From Craspedostauros australis (taxonomy: Eukaryota): a DNA stretch of 51,322 nucleotides. Of the stretch, positions 31,686 through 44,264 are shown in pieces. The stretch spans positions 1 to 51,322 of the forward strand of contig JALAGF010006661.1 of NCBI GenBank assembly GCA_030167865.1, written 5' to 3'. Below the pieces are notes generated by a model. The model saw only the letters and a program-made list of their open reading frames with translations, was not told where the DNA came from and ran no database searches. Positions within the stretch are counted from its first letter, which is position 1. The number at the start of each line of letters is the position of its first letter. Both the position numbers and the translations under genes were made by a program.

Positions 31686-33557
31686 TCATCTTGCAAGAGA
31701 GGTCAAGTAGTCGATAACAGCAGTGTGGCCCTTTCCTTTCATACTACCCATTGCAGTGTCGCCATCGATACCAGTGATGCTGATGTCTGCGTTGCAACAT
31801 TCTACCAAGTACTTGACCACCTCCAATTCACCATTCCAACTTGCCCGCCAAAGTGGAGTTGCGCCATACTTGGTTTGAATGTTGATTTCTGCGTTGCAAC
31901 ATTCTACCAAATACTTCACGACCTCCAATCTACCTTTGGAGCACGCTAAGTGCAGTGCAGTGCTGCCATAATTACTGGTTTTGATGTTGACATCTGCCTT
32001 ACCTTGTTCGACCAACAGCTTTACAACGTCGAGATTCCCATCGAGACTTGCACGATGGAGGATGGTGTCGCCTTCCTGGTCTGTGACGTTCAAATCAGCA
32101 TCGGGTGCTGCGATCAGATACTCAACAACATTGAAGCGGCGATGGCGATATGCCTTGTGGAGTGGAGTCTCGTGTCTGTCGTTCTCAGCGTTGATATTGG
32201 CCTTGCCTTGTTTGACCAACAACTTCGCAACGTCGAGATGCCCACTCCGACTTGCGTGATGGAGGATGGTGTGGCCATTCAGGTCTGTCACGTTCAAATC
32301 AACATTGGGTGCGGCGACCAGATACTTGACAATATCGAATCGGTTGTTGCGATACGCCTTGTAGAGTGGGGTCTTGTGTTTGTCGTTCTCAGCGTTGATG
32401 TCGGCTTTACCGGATTCAACCAGCCACTTCACAACATCCAGATGTCCATGCACGGCTGCAATATGGAGTGCAGTGTTGCCAGCCTTATTCTTGGCGTTGC
32501 CATCCACCATCAGGTCGTCTGAGTCCACCAAATACTCCACCACATCCAGATGACCTCCAGCACTTGCGTAGTGAAGGGCAGTGTTGCCATTCCGGTCTTT
32601 GGCATTGATGTCCACCTGACTTGACTCCACCAACCATCTCACAACATCCAGATGACCTTTGGAATATGCCAATTGAAGAACCGTGCCACCAGCGTCATTC
32701 TCAACATGAACATCTGCCTTGCACGACTTCACCAGGTACTCTGCAACATCCAAATGACCATTTCTGTAAGCAACATGAAGCGCGGTATCGCCGTCATTGT
32801 TCTGGACGTCGACGGACACAGCACGAGCCTCCATCACATACTGCAAGATATCAAGATGGCCCTTCCGACATGCATCGTGGATCGCAGTATTGCCGAATTC
32901 ATCCTGCACATTGATGTCCACTCCACATGATCCAACAAGGTACTCCACAACATCCAAGTGTCCATGAAGACACGCAGCATGGAGGGCATTCTCACCCTTC
33001 GTATCTTGCACGAAAGCGCTTGCAGAATATGACTCGATCAGAGTCTTCACGATGGCCACATGTCCCTCGATACATGCGTCGTGGAGTGCCACCTTGCCGG
33101 AGTTGTCCTGGATCTTGACATTTGCAGCATGCGATCCCGCCAGGTATTCCACGACATCGAGGTTGCCCTGTGCGCATGCATAGTGTAACGCAGTCTCTCC
33201 ATCCATGGATTGGACGTGGATGTCCGCTCCGCATGACTCCACCAACAGCTTGATCGTTTCAAGGTGGCCGTTGGAGCATGCGAGGTGGAGTGGAGTCTTG
33301 TCGCGGCTATCCTTGATCGTGTCGATGGAGGTTTGTGGAAATGCTGTCTTCCACGCAGTGAGGGTGTCCATATCTCCCTGTTCTGCGGCGCGAAAGAGAT
33401 CCTGGTTGGTGACGGTCGGGTTGGATGCATCACCAGGAGTCGACTTGGGCGGAATGAGAGACCGTGAGGCTGTGGATAGTGATGTCCGGACTTGGTGGTT
33501 GTGGTTGCGCATTGGTGAGGCGAAGAGCGCCACGAGTGGTAGACGGATGAAGACCAT
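31686..33557 (-). CDS. Ankyrin-repeat protein, copy 1 (623 aa)
   Basis: Serial TPLH/TALH-x-A-x3-GHLDVVxxLV repeats covering almost the whole ORF. Confidence 0.93.
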   Translation of the reverse strand: MVFIRLPLVALFASPMRNHNHQVRTSLSTASRSLIPPKSTPGDASNPTVTNQDLFRAAEQGDMDTLTAWKTAFPQTSIDTIKDSRDKTPLHLACSNGHLETIKLLVESCGADIHVQSMDGETALHYACAQGNLDVVEYLAGSHAANVKIQDNSGKVALHDACIEGHVAIVKTLIESYSASAFVQDTKGENALHAACLHGHLDVVEYLVGSCGVDINVQDEFGNTAIHDACRKGHLDILQYVMEARAVSVDVQNNDGDTALHVAYRNGHLDVAEYLVKSCKADVHVENDAGGTVLQLAYSKGHLDVVRWLVESSQVDINAKDRNGNTALHYASAGGHLDVVEYLVDSDDLMVDGNAKNKAGNTALHIAAVHGHLDVVKWLVESGKADINAENDKHKTPLYKAYRNNRFDIVKYLVAAPNVDLNVTDLNGHTILHHASRSGHLDVAKLLVKQGKANINAENDRHETPLHKAYRHRRFNVVEYLIAAPDADLNVTDQEGDTILHRASLDGNLDVVKLLVEQGKADVNIKTSNYGSTALHLACSKGRLEVVKYLVECCNAEINIQTKYGATPLWRASWNGELEVVKYLVECCNADISITGIDGDTAMGSMKGKGHTAVIDYLTSLAR

Positions 33558-34456
33558 GATGGAGTTGGTGTGTGTCGAAAAGGGAGAACTTGTTGCTCAG
33601 ATGTGATCAATGCGACGGGCTTTTCATGTGATTTGAATGGTTGTTTGGATGATCGTCGTCCCTTGGTCGTGTCTCTGTCTGCTTTTTATGAGGCTGGTGG
33701 TCTTCTTCATGATCGTTGGTGGTGGTGTCCCTTGTTCTGTTTCACGCGGCGTGCATGGCATTGCGTTGATTGCTGTTTCACGATGATTGTCATTTCACAT
33801 TGTTGCCACGGTACTGATTGGTGATTGTCCCATCAACTTTGGCATGAACGTGATCGTAGTCTTGAACATTGACTTGGTCGTGATGGTGATCGTGAGCGTG
33901 AACTTGACTGTGGCCGTGACCGTGGCCGTGACCGTGGCCAGCCACAGAAGGAGAAGTTGATCGTGGGCGCAGGCGTCGGTAGTCATCATTGTACCAACAT
34001 CCTTGGAACGTGGAAACGACCGAGGATCCTGCGAGCGTGGAATGACACAAATGCCGGAGTCAACACGAGCCGTGACATGTTCCTTGCCACCAACAATTAC
34101 ATCTTCTGTCACCATCCTTGTTGTTCTTTTTGTTGGTGCCAACAACTCAAACGAACGCCAAAGCCGCGCCAAAAACAAGTCGATCTAGTCGAAGATCCGT
34201 GTTTTGGGTTGCGTTGTGGTTGTTGCCACGCTTCACTCATCCACCTGTCGTCCATGATTCATTGTTCTTGAATGACGCACTTGGATTTGTTGTGGTTGAA
34301 CGACTGAGGAGTCGTCCACGATGACACACACCAACACACTCACACACAAGCACCATCATCACTACTGCTCAATCGCAACTCCGTTGGACAACCGTGATGA
34401 TGACCCTTCCCAACGATCAGAAATGATACCCCATGTGAGGCTTGCAAAGCAAAGCA

Positions 34457-35868
34457 ATGAGACAAGACGAGGAAGTGCAGTGCCATGACGGAAAAGAAGA
34501 GGAGGAAGAGCTCACATCTCTTTATCATCCTAACTCCCCTTCACTATGCTTGCACACAAGGCCACCATGTGTAGTGAAGAGCTTGCTTCGATCCGCTCGT
34601 ATCCACGGCAACGCACATGTCATCATCAACGCCCAAGACTCGTCCAACAAAACAGCACTTCATCATGCTTGTGCCCATGGTGACGTGGGCGGAGCGAGGT
34701 GCTTGCTTGAATTCATCCAAGCCAACGAAGTCTGCATTGACCTCAACGTTCAAGACAAGGAGGATGGGAAAACACTGCTTCACTACGCCTGTATCAATGG
34801 TGATGCAGATATCGCCAGCGATCTTCTTGACTTCAGTCGAGTCAACAGCTATGCGGCAATCAATTTCAATATCCGAAACAACTACCATGGCTGCACGCCA
34901 CTGCATCGTGCCTGTGAGTACGGCGAAGCGGATGTGGTGGAACGTGTCATCGAATTCTGTTGCACAAGAAGTACCTCTGTGACGACCCCATCTGTTGGAA
35001 ATCCGGGGTTAAGGTAGTAGATTAATCTGTTATCAATCTGTACCAATTTAGAACTGTGAGAACAAACTCCTTGACTCTCCAATTCCAGTTCAGCAGCAAG
35101 TGTAATCTGTAGCAGTTCACCATGATCATGCACTTGTTCATGGTTGCTTTCATCTGCTTCATCAGCTTGCTCTCATGCTCTCTTCTGCAGGTTCATCATG
35201 CATCATCGTGGTGATTTGCATCTTCTACATTCGAGCAGCATCCCTCATAGACACACAGGTACCTTTAGCATGGGTCTCAGTCTGATCGATCCCACTTGAC
35301 CTTCGGTTCCTCAGTATTCCTCCTGCGCTATCATCACATACTCACCGGTCATGTTCAATGCATGTCGCATCGTCAATCATGCTCTTGAGCGGATAGGGGC
35401 ATCGCCTCCGTTTCTCTTTCTCAGAGAAGCGATCCCTTGTCCGTCGATGTGCGTCGACATGTCTGATACATATCGACAGTTTTGCCCATAGTCTTGGCTC
35501 ATGTGCGAATACATCCCTAGAGGTCGATCCATAGGTTCGCCCTCATCACAGCAGTGGTACATGGATAGGCTCCATGGTGGGACATGACTGATGTTGATGT
35601 CATTCATGAACAGAGGGTTGATGGGGGACAGGCTGCAAGGTGGTCCGAGTGTTNCCAACAAAGTTGACCTCGTCGAGTTGTGAAGATATTATTGGGAGGT
35701 GCGGCAATCATGGGTATCTTGGTAAAAGCGTACCCCCGATTCCTGACACCCATCATCGATTTCAACATCCAGGACTGCGACGAACAAACCCCGCTCCATT
35801 ACGCTTGTAAATACGGTTATATAGCAAATGGAGAGGTCGGCGGTACATGCCATGATGAAGAATGGTGA
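34457..35868 (+). pseudogene. Ankyrin-repeat pseudogene, copy 1, interrupted by an insertion
   Basis: TPLHYAC, KTALHHAC, KTLLHYAC, CTPLHRAC and QTPLHYAC repeats, a frameshift near 34570 and a 756-bp insertion at 34993-35748. Confidence 0.8.
34993..35748. mobile_element. Solo-LTR-like insertion (TG...CA, 756 bp) with CCCATC target-site duplication
   Basis: Starts TGTTGGAAATCCGGGG and ends CCCCCGATTCCTGACA (imperfect inverted ends). CCCATC is at 34987-34992 and 35749-35754. The empty site GACGACCCCATCATCGAT is present in unit 2 at about 44786-44803. Confidence 0.85.
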
Positions 35869-36332
35869 CGGAGTGTTGTGAACAGACAGTGCGCATTCCA
35901 CAATAGCCTGCCTCTACCACTGCATTCCAGTTCTCCCTGTTCATCTTCATCACCCTTGCCATCGCTGCAATTTCGGAAAGGAGGACCGTTCTTCCGAGTA
36001 AGCCCACGTGGGTTGTCATNNNNNNNNNNNNNNNNNNNNNNNNNNNNNNNNNNNNNNNNNNNNNNNNNNNNNNNNNNNNNNNNNNNNNNNNNNNNNNNNN
36101 NNNNNNNNNNNNNNNNNNNNNNNNNNNNNNNNNNNNNNNNNNNNNNNNNNNNNNNNNNNNNNNNNNNNCTGTGTGGCTGGAGTCATGAAACGAAATGGCA
36201 CGTTGAGCACTAGTCGAGTAGATGTGTATGGGTACCATATGATTGTGTGTTGTTACTAGAGCATTGGTGATTGGCTGCCATGCAGTTAGCGATCTGTGCA
36301 ATCATGCGATTGAAGGGGCTCATCTACAACTC

Positions 36333-37508
36333 TCATGCGACGGCGTCCGCCTTCTCGACGCAGCTGAAGGAGTCATGGGCGATCACGCACTTGTCCACGG
36401 TGCGGTAGTACTCGTGCGGACCATTCTTCAACGCATCGCACCATGCGGTCTCCCAACGGTGAGCCTTGTGCTCGGTCAATGCCTCCTGGAACTTCTCGGC
36501 GCCGGACTTCTTCGCCTTGACGTTGGCTTTGACGTTGGCCTTCTTTGCGTTGCCACCATGCACCAGCGACTTCACGACCGAAGATGCGCTTGCGGCGTAG
36601 AAGTCGTCATCGTCGTCATCATCGAAGAAGCAGTAGGGACAAATGATGTCAGCCACGAAGCTGTAGTCCCACAAGATGGGCTGATGAGGCCAGGTGAGGC
36701 GGTTCATGTCTCCACCATCGACTGTGTTGACAGTGTTGACTGTGTTGACGGTGTTGACACCAGCGGACACTCCACGAAGGCCAGCAGCGTCATCCTTCTT
36801 CATGGAGGCAACCAGACGCTTCTCTNNNNNNNNNNNNNNNNNNNNNNNNNNNNNNNNNNNNNNNNNNNNNNNNNNTCGCACCATGCGGTCTCCCAACGGT
36901 GAGCCTTGTGCTCGGTCAATGCCTCCTGGAACTTCTCGGCGCCGGACTTCTTCGCCTTGACGTTGGCTTTGACGTTGGCCTTCTTTGCGTTGCCACCATG
37001 CACCAGCGACTTCACGACCGAAGATGCGCTTGCGGCGTAGAAGTCGTCATCGTCGTCATCATCGAAGAAGCAGTAGGGACAAATGATGTCAGCCACNNNN
37101 NNNNNNNNNNNNNNNNNNNNNNNNNNNNNNNNNNNNNNNNNNNNNNNNNNNNNNNNNNNNNNNNNNNNNNNNNNNNNNNNNNNNNNNNNNNNNNNNNNNN
37201 NNNNNNNNNNNNNNNNNNNNNNNNNNNNNNNNNNNNNNNNNNNNNNNNNNACCAGACGCTTCTCTTCGAAGATGTCCATGAGATCGACCTTGTCAAAGGA
37301 GAGGTCTGGGTGCACATCATGGAAGGTCTTCATGAACATGCGGCGAGAGAAGTTGGATCTCCTCGATGGTTGGCTTGTGGGCATGATCGACTTCGTTGTC
37401 GATGCCGAAGTGAGCATGGACACCGCAGGTGTATCCAGCAGCGTCAGTGAGTGGAGTGAAGGCGGATGCCATCATGGAGATGAGGGTGGTGGTGGCGATG
37501 AGCTTCAT
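36333..37508 (-). pseudogene. Secreted Cys/Asp-motif protein, copy 1; apparent frameshift near 37355 and a 440-bp-offset internal duplication flanked by N runs
   Basis: Homologous to 45378..46088. 36876-37096 is identical to 36436-36656. The local assembly is unreliable, so the true status is uncertain. Confidence 0.55.
36719..36758. repeat. 9-bp coding repeat (about GACTGTGTT)x4, encoding VNTVNTVNTVD
   Basis: Direct reading. Confidence 0.85.
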
Positions 37509-39016
37509 GTTTGGGTGTTGCTGTTGTAGGTTGCTGCTTAGGTTGGTGTTATAGTTTCTGCTTTAGTTGCTGGATGTGTCAGTTTGTGGCTGATTCAGTT
37601 TCATGAGAGGTTGGAGAGGCTGGAGAGAGGGTGGAGATTTGCAGCACTTCTTCTCGGTATATGTTGCCTGTTGCCTGTTGCAAGCCTCATGGTGCAATAA
37701 TGCAATAGTGTAGGAGTATATCGCGTCAACCATTGCCATGCGCATTCGCGGCTGTGCTCGTACGAGTAGGAAGGAGTATAATAGGTTTCTCACAGGAGGT
37801 CCCACGGAATTCATCTTCTTTTGGAAAAAGTGAAGCACGGTGATGACATCGTTGGCCGCAAGGGTGGGACATTATCTTCAGCAGCAGCAGCAGCAGCAAC
37901 AGTGACGATGATGAAGCGTCTGATAACTGTGAGTGTGCATTGACTCGCAGACGTGCTGGTGCGAGGGTTGTCGCTTCTCCTTCTTCGTTGTCATGGGTCA
38001 TGGGTCATGTGGAGTGCTCACTGTTCTTCAACCACGATCGATGCATCGGCACAACATGAGTGCTGGAGTGATGGAGTATTGGCAAGCGGAAGTGGGAGTC
38101 ATCCTCATCCCTCCATCATCATCATCAGAAGCGTGGGTGGCTCGCTGGCCAAAGTTGTTGGGAACACGATCGTCCAACCCATCGCACACCATTCAGGTTC
38201 GGTACTCAATGAAGCATACCACTGACTGAGCTTCTCGTGGGATACCTCATGGTTCGCAATGATTACGATTGCAATTGCGATCATCGTCCATCTTGGTGTT
38301 CCCTCCTTCACTTGGCCTCTCCTTGGCGTCGTCATCGTTGTTGTTCTCGTTGTGTGGATTGATTCTCAAAGATCTCTTTTTTCGGCGAGAGTTGGATTTG
38401 GAGTTCCCACGAAAGAAGCTAATGATGATCGTGATACACACATTTGGTGGGACTGGGCACATCTCAACACACAACACTGTGATGAAGTGAGACAAGAGAG
38501 AACACAAGTTGGACCAATGAGAACACAGAACGAACAGTTCGAATCAACTGTGTCAAACATGTGATCGATCAGGTTCTTTGTGTTTCTTTTGGCGCCAAAA
38601 AGATCATTCTTCAACTGCAACGGTCATACTAGTCGGAGATTCTCGTTGGTGATGTTCTCACAGAAAAAGTGGTGTCGGAGTGTGCGAACTCGAAGAAGAG
38701 AAGGATCCGCATCCACCAAACACGGAGCTTTCCTCCTCTATCGAGTGAGAGTGAAGCAACGAGAGGACATCCCATCGCAACACCATCCAACACAAAAACT
38801 CCCAAATCTGCACAACAGCCAACATCAGCATCGATCGTGATCGTCGCGCCGCTGTCCGCACTGAAGTGCTGGCAGGCACCACCTTCTTCCATCAACGAGG
38901 CGATGAAGAACAACCGATTAAGGCAAACAGCGGGGTCCTCATGATCGCCGTTTCATCCATTCATCCATTCAGGCATTCATCCATTCAGACATTGATCGAC
39001 TCCAGAATCCAACACG

Positions 39017-40386
39017 ATGAGCTGATGCTGACACCACCAAGGACAGGGTACCCTCGTCGGTCTCCCACCAGTCCACCGCTACCTCATGGAACGTCAGTTC
39101 ATGGTCCTCCTCATGGTCTTCACCATCAACCAGAGCGGTGTCCCGCTCGCCGATGTCGAAGTCTTCGGACTCCCACACATCATCATCCAGATCTTCCTCA
39201 GATCCGGAGCTGCTATGATCCTCATGACCACCATGGCCAGACAGCTCAACTCCCAAGTCAACGCCTCCCTCTGCATGCTTGACTACATCAACAACTTCCT
39301 CGCTGTCTTCACCCTCTATGTCGCCCTCGCCATGGAGTTCTCTGGACTTCTGCACTCGTGCTACCTCGTCCAGATGTTCTTCGTCTGGGCATCCGGCAAT
39401 TACATCAAGTCGAAAGAACCACCACGCGACGGTGCCCAGAACCTCTTCTGCTGCACCTGCATCCTCATCTCCCTCGCCATCCTGTGCTACACCATGGCCG
39501 TCATCCTGGTCGCCCTCTTCGATGGAAAGACCACCATGTGGGCCGGAGTGACAAATGGAGTTGCTGCCATCCTCTTCTTCCTCTTCATGTCCATCGTGGG
39601 TATGCTCGAGGGTATGCAGATCGCCTTCTTCGCCGTCGCCAAGCTTCCAAAGGAGGACCGTGGAGACCACCCAATGGCCCGCAAGACCTGCGAGCTCCTC
39701 TTCCACGGTGAGAGATGCAACCTTCCAGGATTCATGATCGGACGTCAGATCTGTGTGACCACGTGCTTCTTCATCATCGCCCGTGTCACCACTCCTTGAA
39801 GTCGAGGTCGGAACTGGCGAGAACATCTTCGGAGTCTCCGACAGCACCCAAACATTCTTCAACACCGGACTTCTCGGAGCTCTCATCATCACAACCATCG
39901 CCTCCATCACATGGCAGCTGGTCGCATCCGTGTTCCCAATCGCCTTCCTTTCCAACCCAATCGTCTACATCTTCCTTCAGTTCTGTCTGTTGTTGGAAGC
40001 CACCGGTATCTGCTCCGGATCCTGGGTTCTCGCTTCCGTCCACAAGGCGGTCCCTGGCTTCCAGCTCGATGAGGTGTACATTGGCACCCCAGAGGAGCGT
40101 GCCGCCGGCATGAAGCCAGCCCACCAGAGCAACCACAACCTGCACCTTGGAACCACCGCCGTCTTCGCGAGTACCTCGAGCCCCAGAGACCTTCTCTTCC
40201 CGCCGCCAGCGCAATCTGTCGAACATGAAGACTCTGTGTGAAGGGATCAACGCCTGCAGCAACGAGGATGATGCCGCCGTCTTCGAATCTGCCCTCCTCA
40301 TGGAGACTGTCGCCATGAACAAGCTGAACCAGGAGGAGGAGAACGACAGTGCCGCCGAGAGTGACGAGGAGATGCATGTGCAGAAG
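39017..40386 (+). pseudogene. SIT: Diatom silicon transporter pseudogene, copy 1
   Basis: GQGTLVGLPPV, (G>E)RQFMV, QLNSQVNASLCMLDYINN, LEGMQIAFFAVAKLP, FMIGRQICV, ITWQLVASVFPIAFL and a coiled-coil tail. Disrupted by ATG-AGC-TGA at the start, N-terminal deletions and frameshifts at about 39795 and 40150. Confidence 0.92.
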
Positions 40387-40859
40387 GAATCATGCCAACG
40401 TATGATAATACACATGATAATCAGGCGCAACCACAGTGCGCCACATGACTACATCAACACAACAACACACCCACACATGCATGACGCCCTCAAAGATATC
40501 TTTGAGAAGCATTGCGAATCTCAGACCATGGTGCCGCTTGCCTCCATGAGAGGCAAAGCGCAGTCGCATGCCATACATATACCTGCCACAGCACTACACA
40601 CCGCAACACAACGCAGCCTATCGCAACACATCACAACGCATGGGCTGGACCGAGGTACCATGGCCTTGCAACATGAAGCGACGTTGAGCACAGAACAGAA
40701 TACCACCCTCGCATAGTGCAATAAGCGAAGTCCACTGAACAATAGAATAGCAACGACTGACTTACGCCGACGATGGATGTGAAGCACTTGACAGCTGCCA
40801 AGCGAGACTACTTGGACAGGTGGTTGGTTGGTTCTTGTCCAATTTACAGCTATGCTCTC

Positions 40860-42839
40860 TCATCTTGCAAGATTGGTCAAGCAGTCGACAATATCAGTGT
40901 GGCCAACTGCTCTCGCAATATCCAGGGCAGTCCTGCCATCGATATCCTTGATGCTGATGTCTGCGTTGCCCGATTCCACCAAGTACTTGACCACCTCCAA
41001 TTTACCTCTCCAACTTGCCCGCCAAAGTGGAGTTCTGCCATCCCTGTTTTGGATGTTGATTTCTGCGTTGCAACATTCTACCAAATACTTCACGACCTCC
41101 AATCTGCCACGAACGCTTGCAAGGTCCAGTGCAGTGAGGGCATAATTGCTGGTTTTGATGTTGACATCTGCCTTGCCTTGTTCGACCAACAGCTTTACAA
41201 CGTCGAGATTTCCATCGAGACTTGCACGATGGAGGATGGTGTGGCCATCCTGGTCTGTGACGTTCAAATCAGCATCGGGTGCTGTGATCAGATACTTGAC
41301 AGTATCGAAGTGGCTGTTGCGATATGCCTTGAAGATTGGGGTCTCGTGTTGGTCGTTCTCAGCGTTGATATTGGCCTTGCCGGATTCAACCAGCCACTTC
41401 ACAACATCGAGATTACCATCGAGACTTGCGAGATGGAGCACGGTGTTGCCATCCTTGTGTCGAGAGTTGAGATATATGTTTGGTGTTCCGATGAGATACT
41501 CAACAACATCGAAGTGGCTATGGCAATATGCCTTGTAGAGTGGAGTCTCGTGGTTGTCGTTCTCAGCGTTGATATTGGCCTTGACGGATTCAACCAGCCA
41601 CTTCACAACATCCAGATGTCCATGCACGGTTGCAAGATGGAGTGCAGTGTTGCCAAGCTTGTTCTCGGCGCTGGTGTCGATGATCGCTTTGCCTGAGTCC
41701 ACCAAATGCTTCACCACATCCAGATGACCTCCAGCACTCGCGCGGTGAAGGACAGTGTTGCCATCGTTGTTCTTGGCGTTGCCATCCACCATCAGGTCGT
41801 CTGACTTCAACAAGTACCCCACCACATCCAGATGACCTCCAGCACTTGCGCAGTGAAGCGCAGTGTTGCCATTCCGGTCTTTGGCATTGATGTCCACCTG
41901 ACCTGACTCCACCAACCATCTCACAACATCCAGATGACCTTTGGAATATGCAGACTGAAGAGCCGTGCCGCCAGCGTCATTCTCAACATGAACATTTGCC
42001 TCGCACGACTTCACCAGGTACTCTGCAACATCCAAATGACCATTTCTGTATGCAACATGAAGCGCAGTATCGCCGTCATTGTTCTGGACGTCGACGGACA
42101 CAGTGCGGGTCTCCATCACATACTTCAAGATATCAAGATGACCCTTCAGACACGCATTGTGGATCGCAGTATTGCCGAATTCATCCTGCACATTGATGTC
42201 CACTCCACATGATCCAACAAGGTACTCCACAACATCCAAGTGTCCATGAAGACACGCAGCATGGAGGGCATTCTCACCCTTCGTATCTTGCACGAGAGCA
42301 CTTGCAGAATATGACTCGATCAGAGTCTTCACGATGGCCGCATGTCCCTCGGCACATGCGTCGTGGAGTGCCACCTTGCCGGAGTTGTCCTGGAGGTTGA
42401 CATTTGCAGCATGCGACCCAGCCAGGTATTCCACGACATCGAGGTTGCCCTGTGCGCATGCATAGTGTAGCGCAGTCTCTCCATCCATGGATTGGACGTG
42501 GATGTCCGCTCCACACGACTCCACCAACTGTTTGATCGTTTCAAGTTGGCCGTTGGAGCTTGCGAGGTGGAGTAATGTCTTGTCACAGTAGTCCTTGATT
42601 GCGTCGATGGAGGTTTGTGGAAATGCTGTCTTCCATGCGGTGAGGGCGTCCACATCTCTTTGTTGTGCGGCGCGAAGGAGATCCTGGTTGGTGATGGTTG
42701 GCGAGGGTGCATCACCAGGGGTCGACTTGAGCGGAAAGAGAGACGGTGAGGCTGTGGATAGTGATGTCCGGACTTGGTGGTTGTGGTTGCGCAATGGTGA
42801 GGCGAAGAGCGCCACGAGTGGGGGACGGATGAAGACCAT
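40860..42839 (-). CDS. Ankyrin-repeat protein, copy 2 (659 aa)
   Basis: Paralogue of 31686..33557 with one extra 36-aa repeat. Confidence 0.93.
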   Translation of the reverse strand: MVFIRPPLVALFASPLRNHNHQVRTSLSTASPSLFPLKSTPGDAPSPTITNQDLLRAAQQRDVDALTAWKTAFPQTSIDAIKDYCDKTLLHLASSNGQLETIKQLVESCGADIHVQSMDGETALHYACAQGNLDVVEYLAGSHAANVNLQDNSGKVALHDACAEGHAAIVKTLIESYSASALVQDTKGENALHAACLHGHLDVVEYLVGSCGVDINVQDEFGNTAIHNACLKGHLDILKYVMETRTVSVDVQNNDGDTALHVAYRNGHLDVAEYLVKSCEANVHVENDAGGTALQSAYSKGHLDVVRWLVESGQVDINAKDRNGNTALHCASAGGHLDVVGYLLKSDDLMVDGNAKNNDGNTVLHRASAGGHLDVVKHLVDSGKAIIDTSAENKLGNTALHLATVHGHLDVVKWLVESVKANINAENDNHETPLYKAYCHSHFDVVEYLIGTPNIYLNSRHKDGNTVLHLASLDGNLDVVKWLVESGKANINAENDQHETPIFKAYRNSHFDTVKYLITAPDADLNVTDQDGHTILHRASLDGNLDVVKLLVEQGKADVNIKTSNYALTALDLASVRGRLEVVKYLVECCNAEINIQNRDGRTPLWRASWRGKLEVVKYLVESGNADISIKDIDGRTALDIARAVGHTDIVDCLTNLAR

Positions 42840-43675
42840 GATGGGGCTGGCGTGTTTCGAGATGGAACGGCTTGTTGCTCAGATATGATCAATGCGACGG
42901 GCTTTTCATGTGATTTGAATGATTGCTTGGATGATCGTAGTCGCTTGATCGCATCTGTGTCTGCTTTTTATGAGGCTGGTGGTCTGTTTCATGATCGTTG
43001 GTGGTGGTGTCCCGTGCTCTGTTTCACGCAGCGTGCATGGCACTGCGTTGATTGCTGTTTCACGATGTTTCTCATTTCATGTTGTTCCCACGGTACCGCT
43101 CGGTGATTGTCCCATCAACTTCGGCGTCAGCGTGATCGTAGTCTTGAACATTGACTTGGTCGTGATGGTGATCGTGAGCGTGAACTTGAACATACTCTTG
43201 AACGTCATCGTGGCCAGTCACACCAGGAGAAGTTGATCGTGGGCGCAGGCGTCGGAAGTCATCATTGTGCCAACATTCTCAGAACGTGGAGACGACCGAG
43301 GATCCTGCGAGCGTGGAATGACACAAACGTCGGAGTCAACACGAGCCGTGACATGTTCCTTGCCACCAACAATTGCATCTTCTGTCACCATCCTTGTTGT
43401 TCTTTTTGTTGGTGCCAACAACTCACACCAAACACCAAAGTCGCGCCAAAAACAAGTCGATCTAGTCGAAGATCCTTGTTTTGGGTTGCGTTGTGGTTGT
43501 TGCCACGCTTCACTCATCCACCTGTCGTCCATGATTCATTGTTCTTGAATGACACACTTGGATTTGTTGTGGTTGAATGACTGAGGAGTCGTCCACGATG
43601 ACACACACCAACATGCTCACACACAAGCACCACCACCACTACTGCTCAATCGCAACTCTGTTGGACAACCGTGAT

Positions 43676-44201
43676 TGTTATCTCGTTATTGTACACAGCG
43701 AAATCACACGAGTCCTTCAAGAGAGATCAAGTCTTTCAGGACGCGGGTGACAAGCTGTTAAGTGAAGACACTGTTTGGGTTGAGTGACTTCTGGTTCTAT
43801 GTTATCTTCATTGAGCTGTATCTCATGTTGCTGTCTTCAAGGTCAGCTCTCGGTCATTGCACCTCTGCGATCTTGTTCTGATGTGGAGATGACCCATGAT
43901 NNNNNNNNNNNNNNNNNNNNNNNNNNNNNNNNNNNNNNNNNNNNNNNNNNNNNNNNATTCCACATTCCATTGATGATGCTTGAGGTCGTCGAGTGTGTTG
44001 TCATTTCAGGTTTAGTTGGGAAGTATATCAGGTCGAATTGGACATCACATGTTTTCCGGGTGGTGGCCAGACCAAATCTCTGATGTTCTCTAGTGTGTCC
44101 CTCATGTCGAAAATCATGTGTCTGAGGAAAGCATCGTTTCAGCACATACAAGGACAGACTAATCAGAAAACGAATCAGGTGAATAAAGCGTTGTGCTAAT
44201 A
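43676..44201. mobile_element. Solo-LTR-like insertion (TGTTA...TAATA, about 526 bp including an N run) with 5-bp TSD GTGAT
   Basis: GTGAT is at 43671-43675 and 44202-44206. The empty site ACCGTGATGATGACCC is present in unit 1 at about 34391-34406. Confidence 0.85.
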
Positions 44202-44264
44202 GTGATGATGACCCTTCAGAACGATCAGAAATGATACCCCACGTGAGGCTTGCAAAGCAAAGCA

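Noticed and set aside
33790..34260. His-rich or Arg/Ser-rich low-complexity ORFs upstream of the ankyrin genes (also 43100-43550)
   Set aside because: Frames are not preserved between the duplicates, and an in-frame stop at about 33597 separates them from the ankyrin ORF.
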